Of a DNA stretch of 64,000 nucleotides, positions 37,852 to 50,124 are shown in pieces. The DNA comes from Desulfobacterales bacterium. GTDB taxonomy: Bacteria; Desulfobacterota; Desulfobacteria; Desulfobacterales; UBA2174. A program made the position numbers and the translations under genes. How positions within the stretch are numbered: the stretch's first letter is position 1; each line of letters opens with the position of its first letter. Below the pieces are notes generated by a model that had not been told where the DNA came from, ran no database searches, and saw only the letters and a list, made by a program, of their open reading frames with translations. The stretch spans positions 192,001-256,000 of the forward strand of contig CAXXWC010000021.1 of the NCBI GenBank assembly GCA_963668645.2, written 5' to 3'.

Positions 37852-40503
37852 TCAGCCGCCTGCGGGCATCCCCTCATGGTGCACCGAATCTTCCATATCG
37901 ATGCGATGGCAGACCTTGCATTTGCCCCCGGCACCGATGGGCCGCCGGTTGCCCTGGTACTGGAGCGGCTGGAGGTTGTCGCGGTCGCGGCCGAACCACC
38001 GGTTGGCCGCCGGGTAGACGGCGTGCGTGGCACCGTGGCAGGCCTCGCACTGCAAGAGCCCGGTATCATCCGTGCGCATGCGGTAAAGATCCGCGGCCCC
38101 GCCGGTCCATCGGTTGAAGGCCGAAACATCCGCCGGGTCCGGCCGCACAAAAGCATCCGTGTGGCATCCGGTGCAGTCGGGCTCCTGGATCCAGGGAAGG
38201 CGGCCGATGATTTCTTCCTTGTGCGCCAGGGTTCTTGCCTCCAGGTGCGCCATGAGACGGCGCGCCCCCGCTTTGCCGGTTTGATCTTCGTGTTTGAGCA
38301 GACTCAGGGCGTGATCTTCCAGGGTGCCGTGGCAGTGGGTGCAGTCCAGGTTGCGGGCATGGGGCCCGCGCAGGCATGTGGTCGGCCCGGCCGGGTCGGA
38401 GGGATGGCACATGGCACAGGCATCGGCCCCGCGGCCGGTAAGGTAGTTGGCATGCCAGCCGTGGATGGCCGCCGGGAAATTGAGCAGGTCCGCACGGCCG
38501 GCAGTGTTCAGGACCGGGTCGGCATGGCAGCTTTGGCAAAGGCGCGGATTTCCGGCTTCGGCCCCTGCCAGCAATGCGGTGCCGCTGTGCTTGTCGTGGA
38601 CCTTGAGGATGCGCCGGCTCGTCTCTTGGGTAAACCCGGCCTTGCCCTCCACCCGCCACCCTCCGCCGTGGCATTTGGTGCAGCCCATCTCGCTGCTGGT
38701 GGGCGCCACCACCCGGGTCTCGGCCAACAGGGCCTGGCTGCGGCTGTCGCGTGCTTCCACCGTAAAGACCGGATAGGGATTGTAGCGGCCGTCCTGATAA
38801 GGAACAACCGGAACCAGGGTAGCAGCAAAGATTTGTCTTTCCGCGTCGAATTTCATTCCCCCCCCAACCCGGTTGCCCGAAAGTCCGACACCCGGCGCCA
38901 GGTCCTGCTCCAGACCGAAATTCGATCGGGCGTGGTGCCAGAACTCGACCTGGGCCTCGGGGTGCTCGAACCCGGACTCGACCCGGTAGGTCAGCACCAC
39001 GTTCTCTGTGACCAGTTCGGGAGTCTCTCCGCGCCGGATCAGCTGGGCGTGCAGGTCGTTGGCCGGGGGCAGGATCACCCACCACGGATCCGAGTCGCTC
39101 AGGCAGTGCATCCCGAGGTTGTTCCAGGCCAGCAGCACGTACTCGTCCTGCTCAGGATCGAAGGGCGCCGGATCCGGGATCGATTCCCGGGCCGTTGCGG
39201 CCACTCGATCCTGCGGCGTTTTCCCCTGGACCGTCCGGCACAGATAGGCCGCCAGGGCGCGCCGCTCCGCGGCGTTGCCGAAAAAAGGCGGCATGTAGGC
39301 TGCCAGGCGGCCCTGGCCCGCCAGCTGGGCTTCCAGCCCATCTTCGGTAAAATCGGCGGTCAGCGGGACGATGTCGTTCATCGGCCCGCCCAGGGCATGG
39401 CAGGCGCTGCACTGGAGGCGGAAAAGTTCGCGGCCGGCCTGGGTCATGTTCTCCAGGTCCACTTTCCGGATCCGGGACCACCTGGCGGCTTTAAGAAAGG
39501 ACCCGTCCTTAAGTTCAGCCGCCTCGGCCCGGGTAACGGCGTTGGCGTACATGGAACCGTAGATCACCCAAGGCCTTCTGCCCGCCTCGCGGATGAACTC
39601 GAAGCTGCCCAGGTGGGCGAACCCGATGAGCGCCACCGCCACGGCGAGCAATTGATGCGCCGGCCTGGGCAGTCTGAAAAGGGCCAGCGCAGTGCCTGCC
39701 GGCAGCAGCGGGCTCAGCCAGATAAAGCGTTTCAGCCAAGGCGCCACTTCTCGGGCGCCTTGGAGGACCATGGCCTGCTGGGCTTCGGGCAGGGCGCGCA
39801 GATACCATAAACCGGCCAGCGCCATAACCACGAACGGGGCCAGGACCCAGCCGGCGCTGTAACGCACCGCCCGCCGGCGCAGGCCGGCATCGTACTGCCA
39901 GGCGCCGGTGAGCATTCCGAAAATCCCGGCGGTCATCGCCGCCAGGGCGGTACGAAAAACCAGGGACGGCCAAAAGCTCGGGTTGAAAAACCCTTCCCAG
40001 AAGCTGCCGCTCTGGATCCAGCTGCCCGGCGTGAGCATGAAGCCGATAATCCCGTTGATCAAAAAAAGCGACAGCCAGGCGAAAGCAAAGTAGAACCAGC
40101 CGACGATCTCGTGGTCGCGCGGGGCCATGGTGTCGAACTTGTAGTAATAGACGAGCAAGGCCACGATCTCGCCGAGAAAACAGACCCACTCGGCGGCCCA
40201 GCCGAAAACGAAGGTGTGGATCAGGGCGCTGGTGGCCGCTGGGTTAAGCAGGGCGATGGTCCACCAGATGCCCACCCCCGAAATGCCGCCGAACACCATG
40301 GTCAGCAAAAGAAAAAACCTGGCATGCCCCCGCAGAAAGTCCAGCAGGGCGGCATCATGGGTGCGCCGGGCCCGGCGCTCGACCAGCACGAGCCACAACC
40401 CGCCGCCCACGGCAAAATGGCTTACAAAGACGTGGGTGACGGCGACCAGGGCGATCCAAAAGCCGCCGCCCGTAAACATCAGGTCCCAGACCGGATAGTT
40501 CAT
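37852..40503 (-). CDS. Cytochrome bd subunit I (CydA)-like membrane domain fused to a multiheme cytochrome c (8 CxxCH)
   Basis: HVFVSHFAVGGG, FGWAAEW, FMLTPG, FFNPSFWP, EFIREAGRRPW; heme motifs CSACH, CTKCH, CQSCH, CAMCH, CTHCH, CTGCH, CEACH, CKVCH. Confidence 0.85.
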   Translation of the reverse strand: MNYPVWDLMFTGGGFWIALVAVTHVFVSHFAVGGGLWLVLVERRARRTHDAALLDFLRGHARFFLLLTMVFGGISGVGIWWTIALLNPAATSALIHTFVFGWAAEWVCFLGEIVALLVYYYKFDTMAPRDHEIVGWFYFAFAWLSLFLINGIIGFMLTPGSWIQSGSFWEGFFNPSFWPSLVFRTALAAMTAGIFGMLTGAWQYDAGLRRRAVRYSAGWVLAPFVVMALAGLWYLRALPEAQQAMVLQGAREVAPWLKRFIWLSPLLPAGTALALFRLPRPAHQLLAVAVALIGFAHLGSFEFIREAGRRPWVIYGSMYANAVTRAEAAELKDGSFLKAARWSRIRKVDLENMTQAGRELFRLQCSACHALGGPMNDIVPLTADFTEDGLEAQLAGQGRLAAYMPPFFGNAAERRALAAYLCRTVQGKTPQDRVAATARESIPDPAPFDPEQDEYVLLAWNNLGMHCLSDSDPWWVILPPANDLHAQLIRRGETPELVTENVVLTYRVESGFEHPEAQVEFWHHARSNFGLEQDLAPGVGLSGNRVGGGMKFDAERQIFAATLVPVVPYQDGRYNPYPVFTVEARDSRSQALLAETRVVAPTSSEMGCTKCHGGGWRVEGKAGFTQETSRRILKVHDKHSGTALLAGAEAGNPRLCQSCHADPVLNTAGRADLLNFPAAIHGWHANYLTGRGADACAMCHPSDPAGPTTCLRGPHARNLDCTHCHGTLEDHALSLLKHEDQTGKAGARRLMAHLEARTLAHKEEIIGRLPWIQEPDCTGCHTDAFVRPDPADVSAFNRWTGGAADLYRMRTDDTGLLQCEACHGATHAVYPAANRWFGRDRDNLQPLQYQGNRRPIGAGGKCKVCHRIDMEDSVHHEGMPAGG

Positions 40504-40504
40504 C

Positions 40505-41566
40505 TCAACCCTCCTTGGCAGCCCGGAGGGCCAGCTTGAGCATGTAGGCGACGCAACCGATACCCACGGCCAAAACGGCCAAAAAGAAGATCAGGGGTGA
40601 GACCTGCGGCGCAACGGTCAGTTGGCCGGGGTGAAACACCCCCTCAAGGTAGCCGAAGCGCACGATCTCACGCAGCACGGCCATGACGGCCACCGTCGCC
40701 ACGAGCCAGGCGGCGGCGGATTTAACCTTTTTTTGAAATCCGAGGACCACGGCCCAGACCCCGGTGCCGATGCCGGCGATGAGCAGCCCCGAGGCCAGCG
40801 GCCGTCCGCCCATGAAAAGGCGCATCACATCCGCGCGCAGGGCCATAAGCCACCAGAGCCCGATCGCCATCTGGATCAGACTGCCGTGGGTGAAAAAACG
40901 CAAAGCCCAGTCGCGGGCCGCCGCCGCCCCGGCCATCCCCCGGCGTGCGCGCCCGTCCTGGATCAGGGCCGCGAAAAGTCCCCCCACGGCCACGGCCCCC
41001 ACCACCATGTGCAGCCAGCGCGGCCAGAGGGTCGGTTCTGCGAGGTTGAGCCACGCGCCGGACGGATTCTCGAACCCGGCCGCCCAGCGTGCCGGTGTAA
41101 GGGCCAGGGTGCTGTTGCTGGCGAACATGAAGCTCACGTAGAGCAGCAACCCGATGGCCAGCAGGCTTCCGATGCGTTGCAGGGGCGCCTCGTAGCGGAA
41201 ATAAACGACATAGGCGGCGTAGTAGGCCACGATGAGTGCCGGGATCACCGCCAGCCACCAGCGCGCCATCAGGATGCTGCTGGCATAAAAGAAGTGCCCG
41301 TAAAGGACCTGCAAAAAGAGCAGCGGCACCACGCCGGCATTGACGGCCAGGGCCACCAGGGTGGGCACCCGGCCGGCCATGTCACGGGCCGCCGGTGCAC
41401 CCGGACCGACGCGGCGCCAGCCACCGGCCAAAGTAACCACCACGCCGCCGAACATGGCGTTCATCAGCAGAATGTGGAGGCTGAACGTCAGGGTCAGCAG
41501 GACCTGGAACCAGCCCCAGCCGACCTGGAGAGTGTCGGGCCGGGGGATGAGCTGATGGGGGGGCAT
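40505..41566 (-). CDS. CydA'-like membrane partner subunit
   Basis: Polytopic protein with LHILLMN, GVVPLLFLQVLYG, PRWLHMVVG and LREIVR; 1-nt gap to the fusion gene. Confidence 0.7.
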   Translation of the reverse strand: MPPHQLIPRPDTLQVGWGWFQVLLTLTFSLHILLMNAMFGGVVVTLAGGWRRVGPGAPAARDMAGRVPTLVALAVNAGVVPLLFLQVLYGHFFYASSILMARWWLAVIPALIVAYYAAYVVYFRYEAPLQRIGSLLAIGLLLYVSFMFASNSTLALTPARWAAGFENPSGAWLNLAEPTLWPRWLHMVVGAVAVGGLFAALIQDGRARRGMAGAAAARDWALRFFTHGSLIQMAIGLWWLMALRADVMRLFMGGRPLASGLLIAGIGTGVWAVVLGFQKKVKSAAAWLVATVAVMAVLREIVRFGYLEGVFHPGQLTVAPQVSPLIFFLAVLAVGIGCVAYMLKLALRAAKEG

Positions 41567-41723
41567 CAAAAAGTCCTTTCCTTCCTTACTTGCAGTTGCC
41601 AGTGTTGGATTTTGAGTGTAGATTCAACCCATTCGGCATCTTGGATCTTTCCAGCCGCCTGAATTCGAGTGTGAAGGGCAACGCGCGATTTACGGATTGG
41701 AAAAACCGCCCAAGGAGGTGCGC

Positions 41724-43085
41724 ATGAAACGGATACAACACCCGCAGGAAGTCATCAACCCCAAGCTGCTTCCCCCCGGGAGCCGGATCTATACCGCAGG
41801 AAACGCCGCCACCCCCCAGGTGCTGCTCGGCCAATTGGCCGACGACGAGGAGATCAACGGCGTGGAACTGCTCGGAATCTTACTGCTGGGCGAAATCGAG
41901 GCCCTGTTTTCCGAGGCCACCTGCCGGCGCATCACCCATCGCATCATCTTCAACGGGCCCGCTTCGCGGGATGCGGCCAACCGGGGGTGGGCCAAGTACC
42001 AACTCATGCATCTGTCCGACGTCCCCCGCCAACTAAAGACCCAGCTGCATCCGAACGTGGCGCTGATCGGTGTGGCCGGGCCGGACAATGGGGGCAACTA
42101 CAGCCTGGGCACCGCGGTGGAAGGCGTCCAGGCCGCCATCCGCGAAGCGCGCCGCCAGGGCGGCCTGGTCATCGCCGAACGCAACGCCAGCATGCCTTTT
42201 GTGCTGGGGACCACCGTACCGGTGCACATGATCGACTATCTTATCGACACCGACTATCCCCTGCCGATCAGCCCGGTTAAACCACCGGATGAAGCCGCCC
42301 GGCGCATCGGGCGGCTCATCGCAGAGCTTTACATCGAGGACGGGACCACGCTCCAGTACGGTATCGGCCAGGTGCCCGAAGCGGTCACCGACGCCATCCT
42401 GGCCAAAGGGGTGCAGGATCTTGGCATCCACACCGAACTGTTCGCTGACGCCATGCAGCGCCTGGTGGATGCCGGCGCCGTGACCAACCGGCACACCTTC
42501 ACCCATTCCAACTTTGCCATGTCGTCGCTTTTTCTGGCAGGCGACGCGGACGGCTACGCCTGGCTCGATTTCAACAGTTCTGTCCAGAGCCGCCCCTGCG
42601 ACTACACCAACAGCATCCTCAACATCGCCCGCGAGCCGAAAATGGTGGCCATCAACAGCGCCATCGGTGTCGACCTGCACGGCAACGTCTGGGCCGATTC
42701 GCTTCAGGCCCGTCGCATTTACAGCGGAGTGGGAGGCCAGTGCGACTTTCTGCGCGGTGCGGCCCTGTCTCCCGGCGGGGTGCCGATCATCGCCATGACC
42801 GCCCAAACCGGCAAGGGGATCAGTAAAATCGTGGACAAATGCCCGGCGGGGATCACCACCACCGCCATCGCCGCCGACCCGGTGGTCCTCGTCACCGAAT
42901 ACGGGGCCTTCGATCCGCGGGGGCTTTCGTTTGCCGAACGGGTGGTCGGCATCGCCCACCTGGCGGCCCCGGATGACCGGCAGCGGCTGCTCCAGCACGT
43001 CTACGACAGCCCGGAGTTCCATCACCCCCGCGAGTCGTTGCGCGACGGGCGTCCGAAAGGGTTCACACCTTACGAAGCGCTTTAA
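41724..43085 (+). CDS. Acetyl-CoA hydrolase/transferase family (4-hydroxybutyrate CoA-transferase-like)
   Basis: AAGGAGG RBS; TLQYGIG, LGIHTE (catalytic Glu), AINSA, SGVGGQCDF, VTEYG. Confidence 0.88.
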   Translation: MKRIQHPQEVINPKLLPPGSRIYTAGNAATPQVLLGQLADDEEINGVELLGILLLGEIEALFSEATCRRITHRIIFNGPASRDAANRGWAKYQLMHLSDVPRQLKTQLHPNVALIGVAGPDNGGNYSLGTAVEGVQAAIREARRQGGLVIAERNASMPFVLGTTVPVHMIDYLIDTDYPLPISPVKPPDEAARRIGRLIAELYIEDGTTLQYGIGQVPEAVTDAILAKGVQDLGIHTELFADAMQRLVDAGAVTNRHTFTHSNFAMSSLFLAGDADGYAWLDFNSSVQSRPCDYTNSILNIAREPKMVAINSAIGVDLHGNVWADSLQARRIYSGVGGQCDFLRGAALSPGGVPIIAMTAQTGKGISKIVDKCPAGITTTAIAADPVVLVTEYGAFDPRGLSFAERVVGIAHLAAPDDRQRLLQHVYDSPEFHHPRESLRDGRPKGFTPYEAL

Positions 43086-43235
43086 CAATCCGGGGCTGAA
43101 CGGTGTCTCGGGCCGCCATCGGGCTTTGCAGATGATTTTCGAAAGGCCCTCATCTTTTCCGAGGATGCAGCGCTTTTCGAAATCGTCCGTGCCTTGATTG
43201 AAGCAGAGATTTGATCCTGCAGATTTTTCAGGTCG

Positions 43236-44939
<1,704 letters not shown>

Positions 44940-45023
44940 TCATTTTAAAAGTGCGGTGGCGCTCCGCGGTCCCATGAAGATCAAAGACGAGTTGCGCGAG
45001 CGGCACCGCTCTGGGGCCTGGAT

Positions 45024-46340
<1,317 letters not shown>

Positions 46341-46408
46341 TCATTTATGACAGCGTCAGGGCATGCCGGCAGGTGAATAGAAAAAGACCACTTCCGCTCT
46401 TGCGGAAA

Positions 46409-46440
46409 GTGGCTGAAGGACGGCGTGGCTGAAGGACGGC
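46409..46440 (+). repeat. 16-bp tandem duplication in the eno upstream region
   Basis: GTGGCTGAAGGACGGC twice. Confidence 0.8.
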
Positions 46441-46521
46441 GCCGCGCTTGACAAATCAAGCGGCGATGGTACGCTGCTCGTCCGAGACTGTCAAGAAACC
46501 TTGGAGACAAGAGGCGCTCTC

Positions 46522-46932
46522 ATGACCCGAATTTACCATCAAGGACACCTTGTGGTTGCCGCCATTCGCTTGTTGACCCATCGCGAAAATGTCCCCCCCT
46601 CCGTTGCGGCGGTGGCCACGATGTTGAACTTTTCAACCGAACAGGCCAACCGCATCTGCGTCAAGCTTCACGAAATGGGGATCATCGAACTGGTCGAGGG
46701 CGGGTTCGGAACGCGCCTTTTCGTTCGCAATCATACAGGCCTCGAAACCCTTCCCGACGACACCCAAACGCCTGCTTTCGCCGACGCGATCAAACAATTC
46801 CAAGAGGAACGTAAGGCCCTGACCCGCAAGGTCGACGCCATCCAGGCCGAACAGGCCGAAAAGAAAAAAGCCCTCTATGCGGAGCTGGAAAAACAGTTGC
46901 GCCTTAAAAAAGGAAGATCCTCCGCAGATTGA
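46522..46932 (+). CDS. Hypothetical protein (possible winged HTH plus coiled coil)
   Basis: GAGG RBS; PSVAAVATMLNFSTEQANRICVKLHEMGIIE resembles a wHTH; charged helical tail. Confidence 0.7.
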   Translation: MTRIYHQGHLVVAAIRLLTHRENVPPSVAAVATMLNFSTEQANRICVKLHEMGIIELVEGGFGTRLFVRNHTGLETLPDDTQTPAFADAIKQFQEERKALTRKVDAIQAEQAEKKKALYAELEKQLRLKKGRSSAD

Positions 46933-47018
46933 CCAGCATTTTTACCTTAACGCCAAAGTCCGCCGAATCGCAAGCCATCTTTCCACGCAGGCAGGGCAGC
47001 CAATAACCGGCGCCGGCC

Positions 47019-48989
47019 TCAGCGCAGCCCCAGGTTCCAATTCCACAAGCCTGGGCGCTGTTTTATCGAAACGCCTGCCGGCACCTTTTCGTCGAGACGC
47101 ACCAGCATCCGGTAGCCGACGCGGATCAAATCGTCCTCATAAGCGGACAGGTCCAGAATCCAGTTCGGATAGACCCAGATGTTGGCGCCATGGGCCACGG
47201 TCCAGGCCGCCTCGCCTTTGGGGCTGGTGAACGCCGTTTGCATCTTGAGATCCTCGTTTACGGTCCGCGCCAGGCACAGGGGCCAATGGCCGGACACGAC
47301 GATGCCCAAAAGGAGCCGGCTGCGGCCCGGCAGTGCCAGCAGATCCGCGGACCCGAGTTCCGGGCTGACGATGGCCCCACGGCATCCAATCTTTTCGACC
47401 GCCTCCAGAGCCAGGGGATTGGCCAGGTTGCAAAACGGGCCGGCCCACAAGGGGCATGGGATCTGCCTTGGAAAAAGAGCCCGCTGCCAGGGGGCGTTGA
47501 CCACGAATCCGCCGGCGCCGCGTTCCAGGGCGGTGTTCACCCACCCGGCCACCTGCTGTTCATCGTCCGGCCAGATCACCGGCGCCAGCCACCACCAGGG
47601 TGAGATGCCGCCGGGCAGTTGGTCAAGGGCCGCACCCGAAAGCCAGAGCGACTGCTGCCGGCCCCGCCGCGGCATCCAGCCGACAGCGGTCCGTGTCAGG
47701 GGCCAGTCCGGCCGCCGGCTTGAAGGCAGGCGGGCCACAAAGCTGGAATCCGGGGCCGTTGGCTCGGCAGGAGCCAGGCGTTTCCCCAGATCGGCGATCA
47801 TGCCGGCCAGGGCCGGTTCCCGGCGATCGATGACAAAAACGGGGGCCTCTTTGGGGGGCATACGGCCGCGGCCCGGACGAATATGATAGCGGCCGGCCTT
47901 GGGCACCGCCTTGCCGATGCGCATGACCATGTGCCAGGGATCGTCTTCATAGCCGATGCGGATCATGTCCCCGGCCATCAAGGGTTCGCGCGGCGACAGA
48001 AAAACACCGCCCTTGGCCTCTCCTTTAAGCCGTCCCACAAAAAGACCCGATGCCCCGGCCTCGCCCTGAGCCATGGGCTGCTGGGGTCGCTGGGGCAGAA
48101 AATGGTAGTGGGTTCCGGGTCGCCCCAAGGCCCGTTCGAGCAGGGCCAAGGCATCGCGCTTGGCCTGGGGGTCATGGCCCTGGTCGCGCAACAACCGATA
48201 GGCCATCACGGTGTAGTAGACGTAGTGGGGTCCTTTTTTGCGTCCCTCGATCTTCCAGGCCGCCACGTTTTCCACGGTCTTGAGCGCCTTGACCAGCACG
48301 TCCAGGCTCAGATCCTGGCAGGAGAAAAACCGCTCTGCGCTCTCCCCTTGGCTGTAGCGGCGCCGGCAGGGCTGGACACAGCGCCCCCGCAGACCGCTGC
48401 GGCCCCCCATAAAGCTGCTCCAGTAACAGCGACCCGAAATCGCGTAGCACAAGGCCCCGTGGATGAACACTTCCAGCTTCAACCCCGCCGGACAGCCGGC
48501 GGCCAGAAGGCGCAGCGCATCGATGGAAAGCTCCCGGGGCGCCACCACCCGATCCACCCGCCAAGTCTGGTGGACCAGTTCAAGGGCCTTGGGAAATGTC
48601 ACGTTGGCCAGGGTCGACAGATGCAGCTCTCCTTCAAAAGATGCCTGGCGCGCCAATTCGATGGCGGCCAGATCCTGGACAATCAGACCGTCGGGTTTCA
48701 CTTGACGCACCAGCGCTTTGATAATTTGTCCGGTGTCGTCCAGTTCGTCCAACCGCAGCAGGGTGTTTAGGGCCACGTAGACGCGGGTTTGGCGTTCATG
48801 CGCCAGTTGGGTTAAAGAGGCCAACTCCTCCAAAGAAAGATTTTTGGCCGCCATGCGCGCCGAATAGCGTTTAAAGCCGCAGTAGATCGCATCGGCACCG
48901 GCGGCCAAGGCGGCCAGAAAACTGTCGCGCTCCCCGGCCGGGGCCAGGATCTCGGGCTTGATGACTGAGTTCCGGGTCGCCTCATTCAT
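47019..48989 (-). CDS. Peptidase U32 family protein (RlhA/TrhP-like Fe-S RNA hydroxylase)
   Basis: PEILAPAG, GADAIYCG, LHLSTL, HGALCYAISGRC...GRCVQPCRR, KIEGR. Confidence 0.85.
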   Translation of the reverse strand: MNEATRNSVIKPEILAPAGERDSFLAALAAGADAIYCGFKRYSARMAAKNLSLEELASLTQLAHERQTRVYVALNTLLRLDELDDTGQIIKALVRQVKPDGLIVQDLAAIELARQASFEGELHLSTLANVTFPKALELVHQTWRVDRVVAPRELSIDALRLLAAGCPAGLKLEVFIHGALCYAISGRCYWSSFMGGRSGLRGRCVQPCRRRYSQGESAERFFSCQDLSLDVLVKALKTVENVAAWKIEGRKKGPHYVYYTVMAYRLLRDQGHDPQAKRDALALLERALGRPGTHYHFLPQRPQQPMAQGEAGASGLFVGRLKGEAKGGVFLSPREPLMAGDMIRIGYEDDPWHMVMRIGKAVPKAGRYHIRPGRGRMPPKEAPVFVIDRREPALAGMIADLGKRLAPAEPTAPDSSFVARLPSSRRPDWPLTRTAVGWMPRRGRQQSLWLSGAALDQLPGGISPWWWLAPVIWPDDEQQVAGWVNTALERGAGGFVVNAPWQRALFPRQIPCPLWAGPFCNLANPLALEAVEKIGCRGAIVSPELGSADLLALPGRSRLLLGIVVSGHWPLCLARTVNEDLKMQTAFTSPKGEAAWTVAHGANIWVYPNWILDLSAYEDDLIRVGYRMLVRLDEKVPAGVSIKQRPGLWNWNLGLR

Positions 48990-49368
48990 GGTCTTGCTCC
49001 AGAAAAACCCGAAGGGTTGATTGATAAGGGCCTGCCCGAGCGGCTGAAGGCGCTCTATCCGCAGCAGGGCCAGACATGTCCTATCTTGAAATCCGGCACC
49101 TGGTCAACCGCCGGTGGCATCCAGCGATGAATGCGGGCCAAACCAGACCGAGTCCAACCGCGCTTTTTTTGCCCAGAATCGTGAGGGGGTATTCTCGCTT
49201 CAGCTTTTATCGGTGCGGTCGCCAGGTTCCGTTTTCTTTCCAACCGGATCCAGCCATTTAGGTTCACCAAGATTTGCCGGCATCAAACCCGGCGCCTTGC
49301 CCTAATCACGATCTGCGTTATAATAGGCCGCTCGTAACCGTGTCATTTCGAGGAAAGGACAACCGATC

Positions 49369-50124
49369 ATGAAAATCGCTGTCAGCGGCAAGGGCGGCGT
49401 GGGTAAAACCACGTTCTCGGCCCTGCTCATCCGAACCCTCAACGCCCAGGGCCGCAATGTGCTGGCCATCGACGCCGATCCAGACGCCAATCTAGCCGCG
49501 GCCGTGGGGATCGCCGATGCCCAGTCCATCGTCCCCATCGCGGAGATGAAGGAATTGATTTTCGAGCGCACCGGGGCCCAGCCGGGTACCATCGGCGGCT
49601 TTTTCCGCCTCAACCCCAAGGTGGACGATCTCCCCGACGCTCTTTCGGCCCGTCTGGAGAACATCAAGCTGATGCGCCTCGGGGGGGTCAAGAAAGGCGG
49701 CTCCGGGTGCATCTGTCCGGAGAGCACCCTGCTGAAAGCCCTGGTGACCCATATCGTCCTGGCTCGCAACGAAGTGGTGGTCATGGACATGGAGGCCGGC
49801 ATCGAGCATCTGGGCCGGGGGACGGCTCAGTCGGTGGACCGGCTCATCGTGGTGGTGGAGCCGGGCCGGCGCAGCATCGACACCGCCGGCCACATTCGCC
49901 ATCTGGCAGCCGAGATCGGCCTGCGCCAGATCAGCATCGTGGGCAACAAGGTCCGCTCGGATCAGGACATCGCTTTTCTTAAAAAACATCTGGCCGATTT
50001 TGAATTTATCGGAGCCATCCCTTATGACGATGCCCTCATCGAGGCCGACTTGAACGGGGCCTCGCCCTTTGACGTCGACAGTCGCGCCCGGGAAGAGGTG
50101 CGGTCGATGATCGACCGTCTCTGA
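49369..50124 (+). CDS. cooC: CooC/AcsF-type nickel-insertion ATPase
   Basis: SGKGGVGKTT, DADPDANL, GCICPE (CxC Ni site), DMEAGIEHLGRG. Confidence 0.88.
   Translation: MKIAVSGKGGVGKTTFSALLIRTLNAQGRNVLAIDADPDANLAAAVGIADAQSIVPIAEMKELIFERTGAQPGTIGGFFRLNPKVDDLPDALSARLENIKLMRLGGVKKGGSGCICPESTLLKALVTHIVLARNEVVVMDMEAGIEHLGRGTAQSVDRLIVVVEPGRRSIDTAGHIRHLAAEIGLRQISIVGNKVRSDQDIAFLKKHLADFEFIGAIPYDDALIEADLNGASPFDVDSRAREEVRSMIDRL

Noticed and set aside
37774..39810. 678-aa plus-strand ORF and many other long overlapping ORFs (e.g. 43416-44828, 50022-51686, 6023-7369)
   Set aside because: Antisense or alternate-frame shadows of well-supported genes in high-GC DNA, with no recognisable motifs.
46388..46440. 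16-bp tandem repeat plus hairpin as a CRISPR array or riboswitch
   Set aside because: Only two adjacent copies with no spacers, no cas genes and no riboswitch consensus recognised.
49055..49305. Small ORFs in the U32/cooC divergent gap (one ends WPCCG)
   Set aside because: No convincing RBS, motif, in-frame UGA/SECIS or coding-like composition.
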